Source of the DNA: Lytechinus pictus
Lineage: Eukaryota
Direction of reading: 5' to 3'
DNA length: 64,000 bases
Assembly (NCBI RefSeq): GCF_037042905.1
Contig: NC_087249.1
Location: 7,874,001-7,938,000, forward strand
A program made the position numbers and the translations under genes. This document shows positions 37,512 through 50,478 of the stretch, piece after piece. Within the stretch, counting starts at the first letter, position 1. Each line of letters starts with the position of its first letter. The notes beneath the pieces are model-generated. The model was not told the origin of the DNA and made no database searches. It worked only from the letters and a program-made list of their open reading frames with translations.

Positions 37512-40500
37512 AGGTGACGGATGAATGGGCCATTCAACGAGTCGCAGCGGAGTTGAATTGATCATTTATTTCATCTTTCACCGAATGAGTATTCTGTCCA
37601 TTGCACGAATATTTGATTTATATGACACCTAAAAATAGATTCTTGTAATTTACAGATTTGAATGCAAAAGTGCATTTAGTGCGAACGCGTTCTGTTGACT
37701 GTCGCATACATACAACAAAATCGTATGGATAAAAAATTGCACGGATTATGACGTCATTGTAAATTGTGCTGAATGATCGACATCGAACAACCAATCAAAT
37801 GACAAGGAACTATCTAGGTGTCATATAATGACATATAAACACGGAGCTTCAACATGCTCAAGTATCAACACGGCAAACTCTGGATCATGCCGGCATGATC
37901 CAAGGAAGTCCGGGATAATTTTGCTCCGAATTTAGCGTCGAAGAGCGTTGTTCACGCGGTATCAACGCGGCATTAACACGATGTTTACATGTATCTACAG
38001 AGACCATGCCTGCAGAGCACGTCGTCGACACCATGTACACGGACCGTCACACAGTGGGCCAGAATGAGTTGAAAGTGCGCCAAAATTATATTCCGTGTTA
38101 TATGTTTACCTTAACATGTTGGTTATGGGTAATTTTGGGCGTAGAATCGACTGAACATAATTTAAAGCCGATATGACGTCACTTTGATACCAAATTATGA
38201 TTGGCTACTTAAAACCTATCTGTGAAAAGACAAATTGCAGTATATAAACAAAGTGCAGTATATAAACTTTGTGTTATGTGTTACTTTAAGATTGACCAGA
38301 CATGTCAGAGTGAATGTTGGTTCATGCTTCTCACATGCCTAAAAAGTGTGTACGAGATCCTGAAAATAATTTTATGGCATCAAAATGATCATTATATTTT
38401 CAAAATCTGAAAATATTAACCGTGCTTTATCATGTTTATCAAGCGGTGCAGACTTGGGTAAAACGCACCACGAATGGTTTACTATGAGGAGGGTTTTGGG
38501 CTGAAATTATTCTACAAGTAACTTTTATCTATGGAAGAGGGGCGGGTAGCCCTTATATGCGTTACCAACCTTTATTTTGGTTGCATTATGCCCGGAATTC
38601 ATGTCATTTTCATGGAATGAAAGGGGAATCGTCCTCGCCGTGCAAAAATGAACGGCATTGTACACCCACACGGGTTTTCCAACCTAAAAACTGGACATTC
38701 ATAACACTTTTTTCAAATCATGAACAGGATAGGAATTTAACTAAATAATAGCTGCAAGCTGAAAATGTTTGATTTTCCTACCTAAATACTGGACATTCAT
38801 AGCACTTAAAAAATAATATGAACGGAATAAGAATCTAAACAATGAATGAAAGCGCGAGCTGAAAAGGTTTTTGATTTTCCAACCTAACAACTGGACATTC
38901 TTAGTACTTAAAAAAAATCATGAACAGGAAAGGAATCTAAACAATTAATGCGAGCGTGAAGCACGAGCTGAAAGATTTTGATTTTCCAACCTAAAAACTG
39001 GACATTCTTAGCACTTAATAATGAACGGAATAAGAATCAAAACAATGAATGCGAGCGCGAAGCGCGAGCTGAAAGGATTTTTGATTTTCCAACCTAAAAA
39101 CTGGACATTCTTAGTACTTAAAAAAAATTATGAACAGGAAAGGAATCTAAACAATTAATGCGGGCGTGAAGCACGAGCTGAAAGTTTTTGATTTTCCAAC
39201 CTAAAAACTGGACATTCTTAGCACTTAATAATGAACGGAATAGGAATCTAAACAATGAATGCGAGCGCGAAGCGCGAGCTGAAAGGGTTTTTGATTTTCC
39301 AACCTAACAACTGGACATTCTTAGTACTTAAAAAAAAATTATGAACAGGAAAGGAATCTAAACAATTAATGCGGGCGCGAAGCGCGAGCTGAAAGTTTGT
39401 TATTTTCCAACCTAAAAACTGGACAATCGTAACACTTTTTCAAATCATAAACAGGATAGGAATCTTACTAAACAATATTAGATTCGAGCGCGAAGTGTGT
39501 GCTGAAGATATGTCATTTCCGGCCTACAAAATTGGTATTATTAGCATATTTTAAATCAAGGACAGGGTGGCTATCTAACTAAATTTTAATTGATATGAGC
39601 GTGAAGCGTATCCTGATTTTTTTCAATTTTCCGACCAAAAAAGGCATCTTCTTTTCACCTTATAGCAATAAAACAGGATAATATCTGACCCAACCATATT
39701 ACCGATGCGAGCGCGAAGCGCGAAATGAATTTTATTTATATTCGGATCTGAAAACTGGATCTTTCAAGCACTTTTGAAATAAAGAACAAGCAGTCTATCT
39801 CAATAAACAATGCGAGCGCAAAGCGCGAGCTAATTTTTTTTCTTTAAGATTTAAACCTACAAATTATGAAAAAGATGGATATCTTCCTAAATAAATGATT
39901 TGATTTTATATATTTCGATCTTAAAAGTGAAAGAAAAAAATTTAAGCACGTTTTGAAAGAAGAGATGGCTGTGTATTAATGCGAAGCGCGAGCGATTTTT
40001 TTATTTTTTTTACACAATGACCTGAAAGTTTTATTTTTTCCGATTATTCCCCTCCCCTTCCATCATTTGATTTTCTTCCTCGTCCTATCTTTCTTCTTAT
40101 TTTTCTCCTCACCTTCCCATTTTGCGCCGCCAATAGGAGGCGGGCAGCCGCTTCGTCCCCTTGATCTACCTATAATGACCCCTCCCACGTACGGCAGGAA
40201 TTTCGTGTAAAAATGGAATATAAAAGTCTCGTTAATAGAGTATTTAAAAACAAATTTTGGGGGATTAAACAAAGGTATGTTTTTACGGGGTATGGAACAT
40301 TCTCGTCTACCATCTATACACTAAATTTACTTATAAGTATCCAGGGGCGATTTTCTGTTTTCGTCATTTTCATTAGTTATGAAATTGACAATGGGCATCG
40401 AAGTCAGCAATGTCATCACTCTTTGGCTGACATATAGGGCTAGATGCGAGTTCGGGAATAGTCGGGCCGGTATGCCTTTTCTTTTCCTATCCAACTGAAA

Positions 40501-42005
40501 GAGGGTCACTTATATTTCACATTTTTATAAATATATCCAATGATTTTTGTGATGTGAGATTTTCATGACGGCATTTTAATATTGTAACTGTTATACCCAT
40601 ACTATTTTCAGGTATCAACATTGATTTTTTTTTAACAGGGAGCGATGTTATATTTTGCCTTTAACAAAAACTCTTTGTTTATATTTATTTCGAAATTCGA
40701 GGATGCATGTGTATAATTTCGATTTTGAATTATGTATTTTGATCCATAATAAAATACCACAAATAGTGGGGGGACATTTGATATTACGTACCCCCTTTCC
40801 AAAATGGTAGGGGGACGCGTCCCCCCTGGGATTTCCGCCCATGAGGTGACGGATGAATGGGCCATTCAACGAGTCGCAGCGGAGTTGAATTGATCATTTA
40901 TTTCATCTTTCACCGAATGAGTATTCTGTCCATTGCACGAATATTTGATTTATATGACACCTAAAAATAGATTCTTGTAATTTACAGATTTGAATGCAAA
41001 AGTGCATTTAGTGCGAACGCGTTCTGTTGACTGTCGCATACATACAACAAAATCGTATGGATAAAAAATTGCACGGATTATGACGTCATTGTAAATTGTG
41101 CTGAATGATCGACATCGAACAACCAATCAAATGACAAGGAACTATCTAGGTGTCATATAATGACATATAAACACGGAGCTTCAACATGCTCAAGTATCAA
41201 CACGGCAAACTCTGGATCATGCCGGCATGATCCAAGGAAGTCCGGGATAATTTTGCTCCGAATTTAGCGTCGAAGAGCGTTGTTCACGCGGTATCAACGC
41301 GGCATTAACACGATGTTTACATGTATCTACAGAGACCATGCCTGCAGAGCACGTCGTCGACACCATGTACACGGACCGTCACACAGTGGGCCAGAATGAG
41401 TTGAAAGTGCGCCAAAATTATATTCCGTGTTATATGTTTACCTTAACATGTTGGTTATGGGTAATTTTGGGCGTAGAATCGACTGAACATAATTTAAAGC
41501 CGATATGACGTCACTTTGATACCAAATTATGATTGGCTACTTAAAACCTATCTGTGAAAAGACAAATTGCAGTATATAAACAAAGTGCAGTATATAAACT
41601 TTGTGTTATGTGTTACTTTAAGATTGACCAGACATGTCAGAGTGAATGTTGGTTCATGCTTCTCACATGCCTAAAAAGTGTGTACGAGATCCTGAAAATA
41701 ATTTTATGGCATCAAAATGATCATTATATTTTCAAAATCTGAAAATATTAACCGTGCTTTATCATGTTTATCAAGCGGTGCAGACTTGGGTAAAACGCAC
41801 CACGAATGGTTTACTATGAGGAGGGTTTTGGGCTGAAATTATTCTACAAGTAACTTTTATCTATGGAAGAGGGGCGGGTAGCCCTTATATGCGTTACCAA
41901 CCTTTATTTTGGTTGCATTATGCCCGGAATTCATGTCATTTTCATGGAATGAAAGGGGAATCGTCCTCGCCGTGCAAAAATGAACGGCATTGTACACCCA
42001 CACGG
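35343..42005. repeat. Near-identical tandem duplication, period 3332 bp (35343-38673 and 38675-42005)
   Basis: Identical ORF-track hits offset by 3332 (e.g. 36881/40213, 38222/41554). Only a few substitutions seen. Confidence 0.95.
38050..38673. mobile_element. Truncated left half of the Transib-like element (product of the tandem duplication)
   Basis: cgtca|CACAGTGGGCCAGAATGAG..., matching 41382-42005 and cut at the duplication junction. Confidence 0.8.
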
Positions 42006-42588
42006 TGCGCTGCGATGACTGCGCGGTATAAAATTGACCGTTTTGAACCGGTTTTGGGGGTGTTAATGTCAAGTAAAATCGGCTCTAACATAAAAACGGG
42101 CAGCTAAATTTGGTATCGACTGGTATCGACTTAAAGCTTGGACATCTGGCAAAATGATGATGATAGAATTTAAATGGAAATCCAAACGTTTCTAATGTAA
42201 ATGCAAAAAACATGGATTATCAGCCTATTTCGAGGAATAATTACCCTGTAAACCTCCTGAAATGTGTCTTTTTTCTAACTTGAACCCTTTCACACGAAAA
42301 AAGAATATATCAGGATTATGTGGGTGCCATTTCAGATTCCTACATGAAAAACCTCCTGTGAAATGGCCTGTTTTACAACTAAGTTGTCATATACGCGGCA
42401 TTTCGCAAAATGTCACATTTTACGATTTGAGGTAGGAAATTAACAACCTTTATGCAAAATCCCGAATGAAATATTTTGCTGAAGTATTCTTCAAAGTGTT
42501 GTCTTTCAGCTGGGCATGACAAAAATTAAAAACTGAAATTGCCCAATATGACTTTTGGCGCACTTTTGTTTCGCCCCGGCCCACTGTG
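41382..42588. mobile_element. Non-autonomous Transib-like DNA transposon with RSS-like terminal inverted repeats
   Basis: Both ends begin CACAGTGGGCC and share AAAGTGCGCCAAAA at the same spacing. Perfect 5-bp TSD CGTCA (41377-81, 42589-93). 1207 bp with no transposase ORF. Confidence 0.85.
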
Positions 42589-42973
42589 CGTCAGTGCGTC
42601 CGCACGGACTAATTAACAAAAGAGAGGAAAGGTCCATGCGAGTGTGTTAACTTTTGTCTTAGTCTTAATTGGACTTGATCTGATACTCTGAATGCCATGT
42701 AGTTGAGTTGAACATTACATATAAACCTCTGGGAGACATGTGGATTTAATTTTATGTGAAGGATCTCGCCAAATCATTGAATTTTCACCTTCTCTTGAAT
42801 GAGCAGATTGTCTTTGACCTGTATGTGTGGAAATTGTGGTCCCAAATATAATACTATCTGTGAGTAACATGTGACAAAGTGTACTTTCACTTTCAATTAT
42901 TCCACCTCTTTTTCTTCATCCACGGAGCTTACATTCTTCCCTTCTCTCCTTCACTGCGGTCTTCAGCAACATC

Positions 42974-43717
42974 ATGCCGTCAACACGTCAAGATTCTTCT
43001 GCTGGAAGTAGTCTTGCTCCAGACTTTTCTGATGTCCACGATATCATTAAAAAAATATTTTGTGAAGATGATTTTGTGTCCGCGTTGGAGAGGAGCATTG
43101 AGAAAGTTCTCTCAAAGCGCCAGCGAGAGTTTGAGGAGAGGATAGAGAGGCAGGAAGGTGAAATCCATGATCTACAAGTAGCATTGAATCAAAAGGAGGC
43201 TGAGATCCACTCAATCACCACTTCCATGAAGAAGCTGGAAAGCAGAGTAGAGGCTTACGAGGGTAAGAGCAACGAGCTAGAGCAGTATAGTAGGAGGAAC
43301 TCTGTTCGGGTGTTTGGTGTGCCAGAGTCATCAACAGAGTCTACGGACAACCTGGTGATGAAGGTGGCAACAGATCGCCTTGGCTGCCCGATAAGCAAGG
43401 CTGACATCGAGAGATCACATCGATCGGGAAAGCCCCGCTCTGACAGAAAGCCTCGGCCTATCCTGGTCAAGCTCTGCTCCCATCGAGTGAAGGCTGCACT
43501 GATGAAGGATCGCCGTAAATTGAAGGGGTCAGGTATCTCCATCCAGGAGGACCTAACAAAGTTAAATCATCAAATTCTCATGAAATTGTCCTCCCATCCA
43601 AAAGTCGAAGCGGCTTGGTCAACTGATGGGAGAGTCATGGCTGCCCTCAAGACCAACCAAGAGGGAATCCAAGTTAAGAGGTCCTTCTCATCACTGCAAC
43701 AAGTCTCTTCTTTATAA
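42974..43717 (+). CDS. LINE ORF1 (coiled coil plus L1-ORF1-like RRM/CTD), 247 aa
   Basis: Heptad-rich E/K region, then LEQYSRRNSVRVFGVPE, IERSHR, PRPILVKL, IQEDLT, AWSTDGRV. Confidence 0.9.
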   Translation: MPSTRQDSSAGSSLAPDFSDVHDIIKKIFCEDDFVSALERSIEKVLSKRQREFEERIERQEGEIHDLQVALNQKEAEIHSITTSMKKLESRVEAYEGKSNELEQYSRRNSVRVFGVPESSTESTDNLVMKVATDRLGCPISKADIERSHRSGKPRSDRKPRPILVKLCSHRVKAALMKDRRKLKGSGISIQEDLTKLNHQILMKLSSHPKVEAAWSTDGRVMAALKTNQEGIQVKRSFSSLQQVSSL

Positions 43718-44130
43718 CTTCCAACTTTTGTGTTTAACTTTATTTCCACTGTTACCTCTCTCAGGGGTTTACCTTTTAACTGTAACTTGAACATTACTTC
43801 ACCCTTTTTCTGATTTCCACTTATTTTCTTAGTTTCTTTTATCATTCTTTTCTTCCCGCTTTTTTGTCTAACTTGTGTCTCGTTGTATATTTATAATGTC
43901 ATTTGCTCTTGCATTTGCTTTTCTTCTATATACTATGTACATACCTGTATATATTCATCATATAGTTGTTAATGTGTCTGTGTGTGTGTCTGTGAATATG
44001 TGTAATGGCTGTCCTCAGATTTCCATGTTTCATCCACCCTTGTTGATATTTTATATTTGTTTGGTCTGTGACGGATATGGTTTAATAAATGCTGTATTGG
44101 TTTATTGTTTGCTTGTTGAAATCTCTCCTC

Positions 44131-47080
44131 ATGGATGACGGATTTAATATTCCAGAACCGGTTATTAATGAGTGTAAATACATAAACTGTGAAGATTTCC
44201 AATGTAATGGTGAAAACTTTTCCGTTATGCATATTAATTCGAGAAGTCTCTTTAAAAATTTTGAAGATTTGGCGGTCTTGTTATCATGTATAAATCATAA
44301 TTTTTCTGTGATTGGTGTTTCAGAAACCTGGTTTACTCCATCCACAGAAGTAGCTATGTTTGATATTCCTGGATATTCACTTGTTCAAGTATGTCGATCA
44401 AATAAAAAAAGGTGGTGGTGTAGCATGTTATGTCAGAGAGGGGCTTGATTACAAATTACGCAATGATTTATCAACGGCAAATACTTATTATGAGTCTGTA
44501 TTTATTGAATTGAATAATGCAAACAAAAAGTCAATTGTTGGTTGTGTGTATAGAGCCCCTGGCAATGATATTCGATCATTTACTGATGACTTTGACCAAG
44601 AAATGCAAATATTGAGTAAAGAAAATAAGGACATTTATATTATGGGTGATTTTAACATTAACTTGTTAAATGCTGATACAGATGAAAAGGTTAGAGATTT
44701 TAATAATTTCATGTGTTCATTTGGCTTGTTTTCCCTAATCACTAAACCTACACGCATAACATCATCTTCAGCAACCTTAATTGATAATATATTTACCAAT
44801 TGTGTTCAATATCAATTCTGCTCTGGAATATTTTGTTCTGATTTTTCTGATCATATGCCGATTTGTAGCATTAACAAAGGCAATGCCATTACTTCTAGTG
44901 AAACAAAAAGAAAAGTGTTCAGACGTCTAATTACTGAAGTAAGAATGAATTACTTTAGACAAGATTTACTTAACACAGATTGGTCTGTTTTATATGATTT
45001 GTTTGACGCTAATGTGTCGTTTAACTATTTTAGTGACATTTTTTCTCAGTTATACAATGAACATTTCCCTTTAATTAAATGCAGTGGTAAGAATAAATGC
45101 AGGAAACCATGGATTACTCCAGTTCTTCTATAATCCATTCATAAAAAGCAGAAGCTTTACTATGCATATATAAAAAATAAAAACGAAATTAATAGGAAAA
45201 AGTATATTGATTACAAAAATACATTGACAAATCTTGTTCGTCAAAGTAAGAAGAATTATTATGATAATGTTTTTCGAACAAATCAAAATGATATGAGGAA
45301 GACTTGGTCCCATATCAATGAATTGCTTGGGAGGGGGAAGAAAACGCCACTCCCAAATGACATGTATCATAACGAATCGTTGTTAAATTCAGATCTACAT
45401 AAAGCTGAGTATTTTAATAAATATTTTATTGATCTACCTTCTAAAATAAGCAAGAAAATTCCTTCTGTCCAATCGTCATACAGAGATTTTATGTCGGTCC
45501 AAAATCACTCCTCATCCTTGTATTTTCGACCAACATCTGTTTGTGAAATTTCTAATTTGGTTTCGACTTTAAAACCATCGAAGGCATGCGGGTCAGATGA
45601 TGTTTCTCCCAAGGTCATAAAAAATTGTATTCAATGCATTGTTGATCCCTTATGCGATATTTTTAATAAGTCCTTGTTTCAGGGTATTGTCCCTGACAAA
45701 CTGAAAATAGCTAGAGTAGTCCCAGTATTTAAAAAGAATGATCGTAAATGCATTGAAAATTACAGACCTATTGCGTTGTTACCCATATTCTCAAAAATTC
45801 TTGAGAAAATAGTGTACAAAAGAATGGATGATTTCCTTCAACTTCATAACATAATGATACCACAACAATTTGGATTTCGAAAGAATTACTCCACAAGTAT
45901 GGGCGTCTTGAATTTAGTAAATACCATTATAAGTGCAATTGATAGTGGAAAATTTTGTATTGGTGTGTTTCTTGATTTATCGAAAGCATTTGATACTATC
46001 GATCATGATATATTATTGTACAAGCTTGAGCATTATGGTGTTCGTGGGGTAGCCTTAAGTTGGTTCAAAAATTACTTAACGAATAGATGTCAGTATGTAA
46101 CGATTAATGGAGTTAAATCACAATCTAAGGAGGTTAAATGTGGTGTACCCCAAGGCTCGGTTCTGGGTCCCTTATTGTTCTTGATTTATGTTAATGACAT
46201 TATAAATTCATCAAAATTGTTTACTTATTCACTATTCGCAGATGACACTTGCTTACTTTCCCATCACAAAGATATGGAAACTCTCATACTCTCAACTAAC
46301 AATGAAATTAAAAATATATTTAAATGGTTTTGCTGTAACAAGCTTTTATTAAATGCTAGTAAAACTCAATATATTGTCTTTAGAACAAGGGGTAAACGAG
46401 TCCCTGAAGATACTAATCCATTATCAATAGGAGGCCATCAGATCAATCGAAGTCAAGATGTAAGGTTTTTGGGAGTTGTAGTTGATGATCACTTATCATG
46501 GAAAAATCACCTCAGTTATGTTTGTACTAAGGTATCAAGGAGCGTTGGTGTCATTTATAAATTACGTTTCTCTCTCCCTCAGCAGACCTTAGTAACTCTT
46601 TACAATGCTATTATTATGCCACACTTAAATTATTGTAATGTTGCATGGGGAAATACATATAGGAACCATTTAAACAAACTGCTAGTTCTTCAGAAGAAAG
46701 TTATGAGGCTCATGACATATTCGAATTACAGATGTCCAAGTATTCCTTTATTTCTGCAATTGAAGATTTTGCCTCTTGATGATTTAGTCTCCCTCAATTG
46801 CTTGATATCTATGTACAAATCACAATCCTCTCAAAACTGTTCATTTTTAAAAGATGCATTTGTTGTTAACTCAAATGTCCATTTGTACAATACACGGCAG
46901 AAAAATCTTATCCACCAGCCACTTGCAAGAACAAATACTGCTTTGAATTCTTTTGTGATAGTTTGTACAAAAGAATGGAATAAGTTACCACAAAACTTTA
47001 GATCCAGTCCAACACTGCCCATATTTAAAATTTCATGTCGAAAATATTTATTTGAAAGATTACAAAATATCTTAAATTGA
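44131..47080 (+). pseudogene. LINE ORF2 (EN plus RT) with one frameshift and one premature stop
   Basis: +1 frameshift in the A-run at about 44404-44410 (CRSNKK/GGGV). In-frame TAA at 45131-45133. Otherwise continuous EN and RT motifs. Confidence 0.92.
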
Positions 47081-47734
47081 TTCTTGATAAACCATGTGTG
47101 TTGTGTGTGTGTGTGTGTGTGCGTGTTGTGTTTGTATGTATTTTCTTATTTTACTCTTTAGATTATCATTGTAAATATTTTTTTCATCTCATTATTGTTG
47201 TAATGTACTTTATAAGGGGCCCCTCTCACAAGCTCTGCTTCTATGGGGTCCCAAACCTATCATGCATTCTCATTTTTGTTAAACTATGTGATATGTCTCT
47301 TGTTCTTGATTGGTTTGAATAAATTTGAACTTTGAACTTGAACACGGCAGCTCCACGACGAACAGGGAAACTATACATGAACAATTCAGGATTGCTCTGC
47401 AAACACGGCAATTCACGGATGACGCCCGATGGTTTTTACTTTCCAAAGACAGTTGTTCATGCCTCTCGGACGTTCATGGACCTTCATGAACCAACGATGC
47501 CCAGGCACAGAGGTGGAAAAAATGTGCCCAAGGCGTCTATCTCTTCCCGGTCGCGAAATTATTTTTCCCACCGAGTTCTGGACCAACATATGAATATTCA
47601 TGACTTGCGTCTTCGGATTAAGAGTACGCATGCGCGTGGACTTTGCCTCGACCATGTACCAGAGCCGGTCGTAAGCATTCACGTTCAGTTGCTCAGAATT
47701 AATTAGCATCGTCAAATTACCGGTAACCTTACAT

Positions 47735-47868
47735 NNNNNNNNNNNNNNNNNNNNNNNNNNNNNNNNNNNNNNNNNNNNNNNNNNNNNNNNNNNNNNNNNN
47801 NNNNNNNNNNNNNNNNNNNNNNNNNNNNNNNNNNNNNNNNNNNNNNNNNNNNNNNNNNNNNNNNNNNN
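47735..47868. other. Assembly gap
   Basis: Run of N. Confidence 1.
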
Positions 47869-48739
47869 CTAGCTGGCAAGACATGTGCTAGGCTAGAGCT
47901 CGCTTAGGCTAGCGCATTAACTTTACCTCAAATCTGGACCTGTCTAATGACGATAATAAATTTGACATCTGACTGCAATTTTGACAACAATTTTCATACT
48001 TTAAACATAGCTAACTCTAAAAAACGATAACAATCCATTAGGATCAGTGACGTACCTAGGATTTTCCACAGGGGGGGGCAAATCCGTCCGCCAAAAAATT
48101 TGACAAGCAAAAAAAAGAAGAAAAAAGTTTTTCACCCAAAATGTAAGGTCATTTAGTCCAAAAGGTATTATTTCGATTGTGAAGTGATGAATTCTTCACA
48201 ATGAAAGACCAAAAATAGTAGGGGGACATTTTATATTGTATCCCCCTACTATTTTTGGTAGGGGGACACATACCCCTGTCCCCTCTGGGATTTCCGCCCA
48301 TGTGGGTTGAAGATGTCACATCCCCACTATCCTGTTTCTTGTGTTATTACATGGAATCAAAATTGTTTCATTTTTTCATACCAGTGTGAATGATATGTCT
48401 CCCTTATAATGAAATAAGTTGCAGCAAAGAATATCTAATAGACTAAATCAGTTGTCAATTCAACTGTTTTTGGTTCTTGAAGGGAAAATATTAAATAAAC
48501 CTAATTTTATATAATAAAATACAAAAGAACAAGTGGGGATATGACATCATCAGTTTGCTCATTGAATATTAATGAAGACATGCTTAAAACTGTTTCACCG
48601 GAATAATGCTAATCTTTAAAATACAATAACTTTGATATTCCTTGTAGGATTTTGATCAAATCTTTATTCTCATGTTCGTCTGATTTATCTTTATCTGTTC
48701 AAACCATATTACCTTCAGTGTGGAGTTTCAGATCAGAAT

Positions 48740-49490
48740 ATCAAAAATTTTCTGCTCGCGCTTCGCGCTCACATTATTAATGTAATAATATATAAAATTA
48801 CCTATAATTTTCTTGATTTACAAAACATGAATAGAATGTCCCAATAAAATTATAGGTCTGAAATCTCAATTTTGTTTCCGCTCGCGCTTTGCGCTCGCAT
48901 CGATTGTATAGTTATATACCTATCCTGTTAGTCATGATTAGAAAAGTGCTTAAGATGTCCTGTTTTTAGGTCTGAAATCTCATTTTTATTTCCGCTCGCG
49001 CTTCGCGCTCGCATCAATTGTATAGTTATGTACCTATCCTCTTCATTATTAGAAAAGTGCTTAGAATGTCTCGTTTTTGGTCTGAAATCTCAATTTTGTT
49101 TCCGCTCGCGCTTCGCGCTCGCATCAATTGTATAGTTATATACCTATCCTGTTCATGATTGCGAAAAGTGCTTAGAATGTCCAGTATTTAGGTCGGAATG
49201 TTAGATTTTTCAGCTCGCGCTTCGCGCTCGCATTATTTGATTGTTGATATATGTATCGTCTTAATGGGTAACTGCAAACAGTCCTTATATCACTTCCCTT
49301 TCGATCAGACCAGAGCGTATACAAAAAATATCTGCTCGCACTGGTCACATTCGCAGTTATTATTTGTTACATATACATCTTGTTCAGGACCACAAACATC
49401 GCTCAAAATGTTCAATTTTTCTGAACAAAATACATGAAATTTCCCCCCCCCAAAAAAAAAAAAATAGCTCGCGCTTCGCGCTCGAGTTAT
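48740..49490 (-). repeat. Tandem units of the gcgagcgcgaagcgcgagc repeat family (reverse orientation)
   Basis: Repeated gctcgcgcttcgcgctcgcat...aaaagtgcttagaatgtcc units. The same family occurs at 34920-36660, 54130-54620 and 60670-61130. Confidence 0.8.
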
Positions 49491-50478
49491 CTAATTATAT
49501 ATCTATGTTCTTTTATAAGAAGAATGAAGTGACTGTCATATATATGTCTGTATATATATATGTGTGTGGTGAGGGTGTGTGTGGTGCCCTTAGAGGTGTG
49601 TGTGTAATTATGGAAAATTCAATTGTGTCCCCCCCCCCCACCTTCGAGGAGAGATTTCAGCACCCCCACTGAAAAAATCGTTCCCAGGTCCCTGGGTTAC
49701 CGGTAATTTGACGATGCTAATTCATTCCACGCGCATGCGTACTCTTAATCCGAAGACGCAAGTCATGAATATTCATATATTGGTCCAGAACTCGGTGGGA
49801 AAAATAATTTCGCTTCCCGGTCACTCCGGATCTGGTCCGGCGTGTAAATCTGACTGATCTGGATTGATCAGGGGGAGATATCCGGACATAGATTTTGAAC
49901 TAAATGAGTAAAGGTATAAGTTTTATACGTTTCGGTGTATATTTTCAGTGTACAACATGGTACAAAGAGGAGAGTTGTATACTTCTGTGACATCACAGAT
50001 CTTGGTTGCATTGTCGATTGGAGTACCTCTGTAGCATAAGTGATTTCGACATGCCAAATGCTCATAACTTTCTTATTGCTTGTCCAATTGTTCTCAAATG
50101 TCCATTCATTTCATTCTTTAATTTTCCTTTTTCATACGCTCTAACTCCTTTGAAATACTGAGATTTGGAGACAGTGATTAATGTGTGAAAGGAGCCATTT
50201 AGTAATTTTAATAGGCAATGGGTGATTTCAAGTTCAGTGTTGACCTGTTGGTGTTAGGTCAACTTTTCCACGATTATAACACCAAACATAAAATGAAGAT
50301 GGTCCCGAAAAGTCATTCACTAGTAGTTGAGATGTCAATAATGTGATCTGGATCAGTTTTACAAACTCTGAATAAGTTTTGGAGCAAGAGGAAGCGATCC
50401 AAATTTCAACTTCAACACCAAGGCCAACACCGGACTTGAAAACACTCATTGCCCTCGACTCCGATGTATTCGTTTTAC

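Larger units (their letters stand above)
42619..47340 (+). mobile_element. Apparently full-length CR1/L2-group LINE (5'UTR, ORF1, ORF2, 3'UTR)
   Basis: ORF1 plus EN/RT ORF2, aataaa and a (TTGAAC)n tail. Short possible TSD aaca (42615-18, 47341-44). Confidence 0.93.

Noticed and set aside
36731-42107. Duplicated short ORFs of 60-77 aa
   Set aside because: They have no recognisable motifs and are identical only because of the 3332-bp duplication of repeat DNA.
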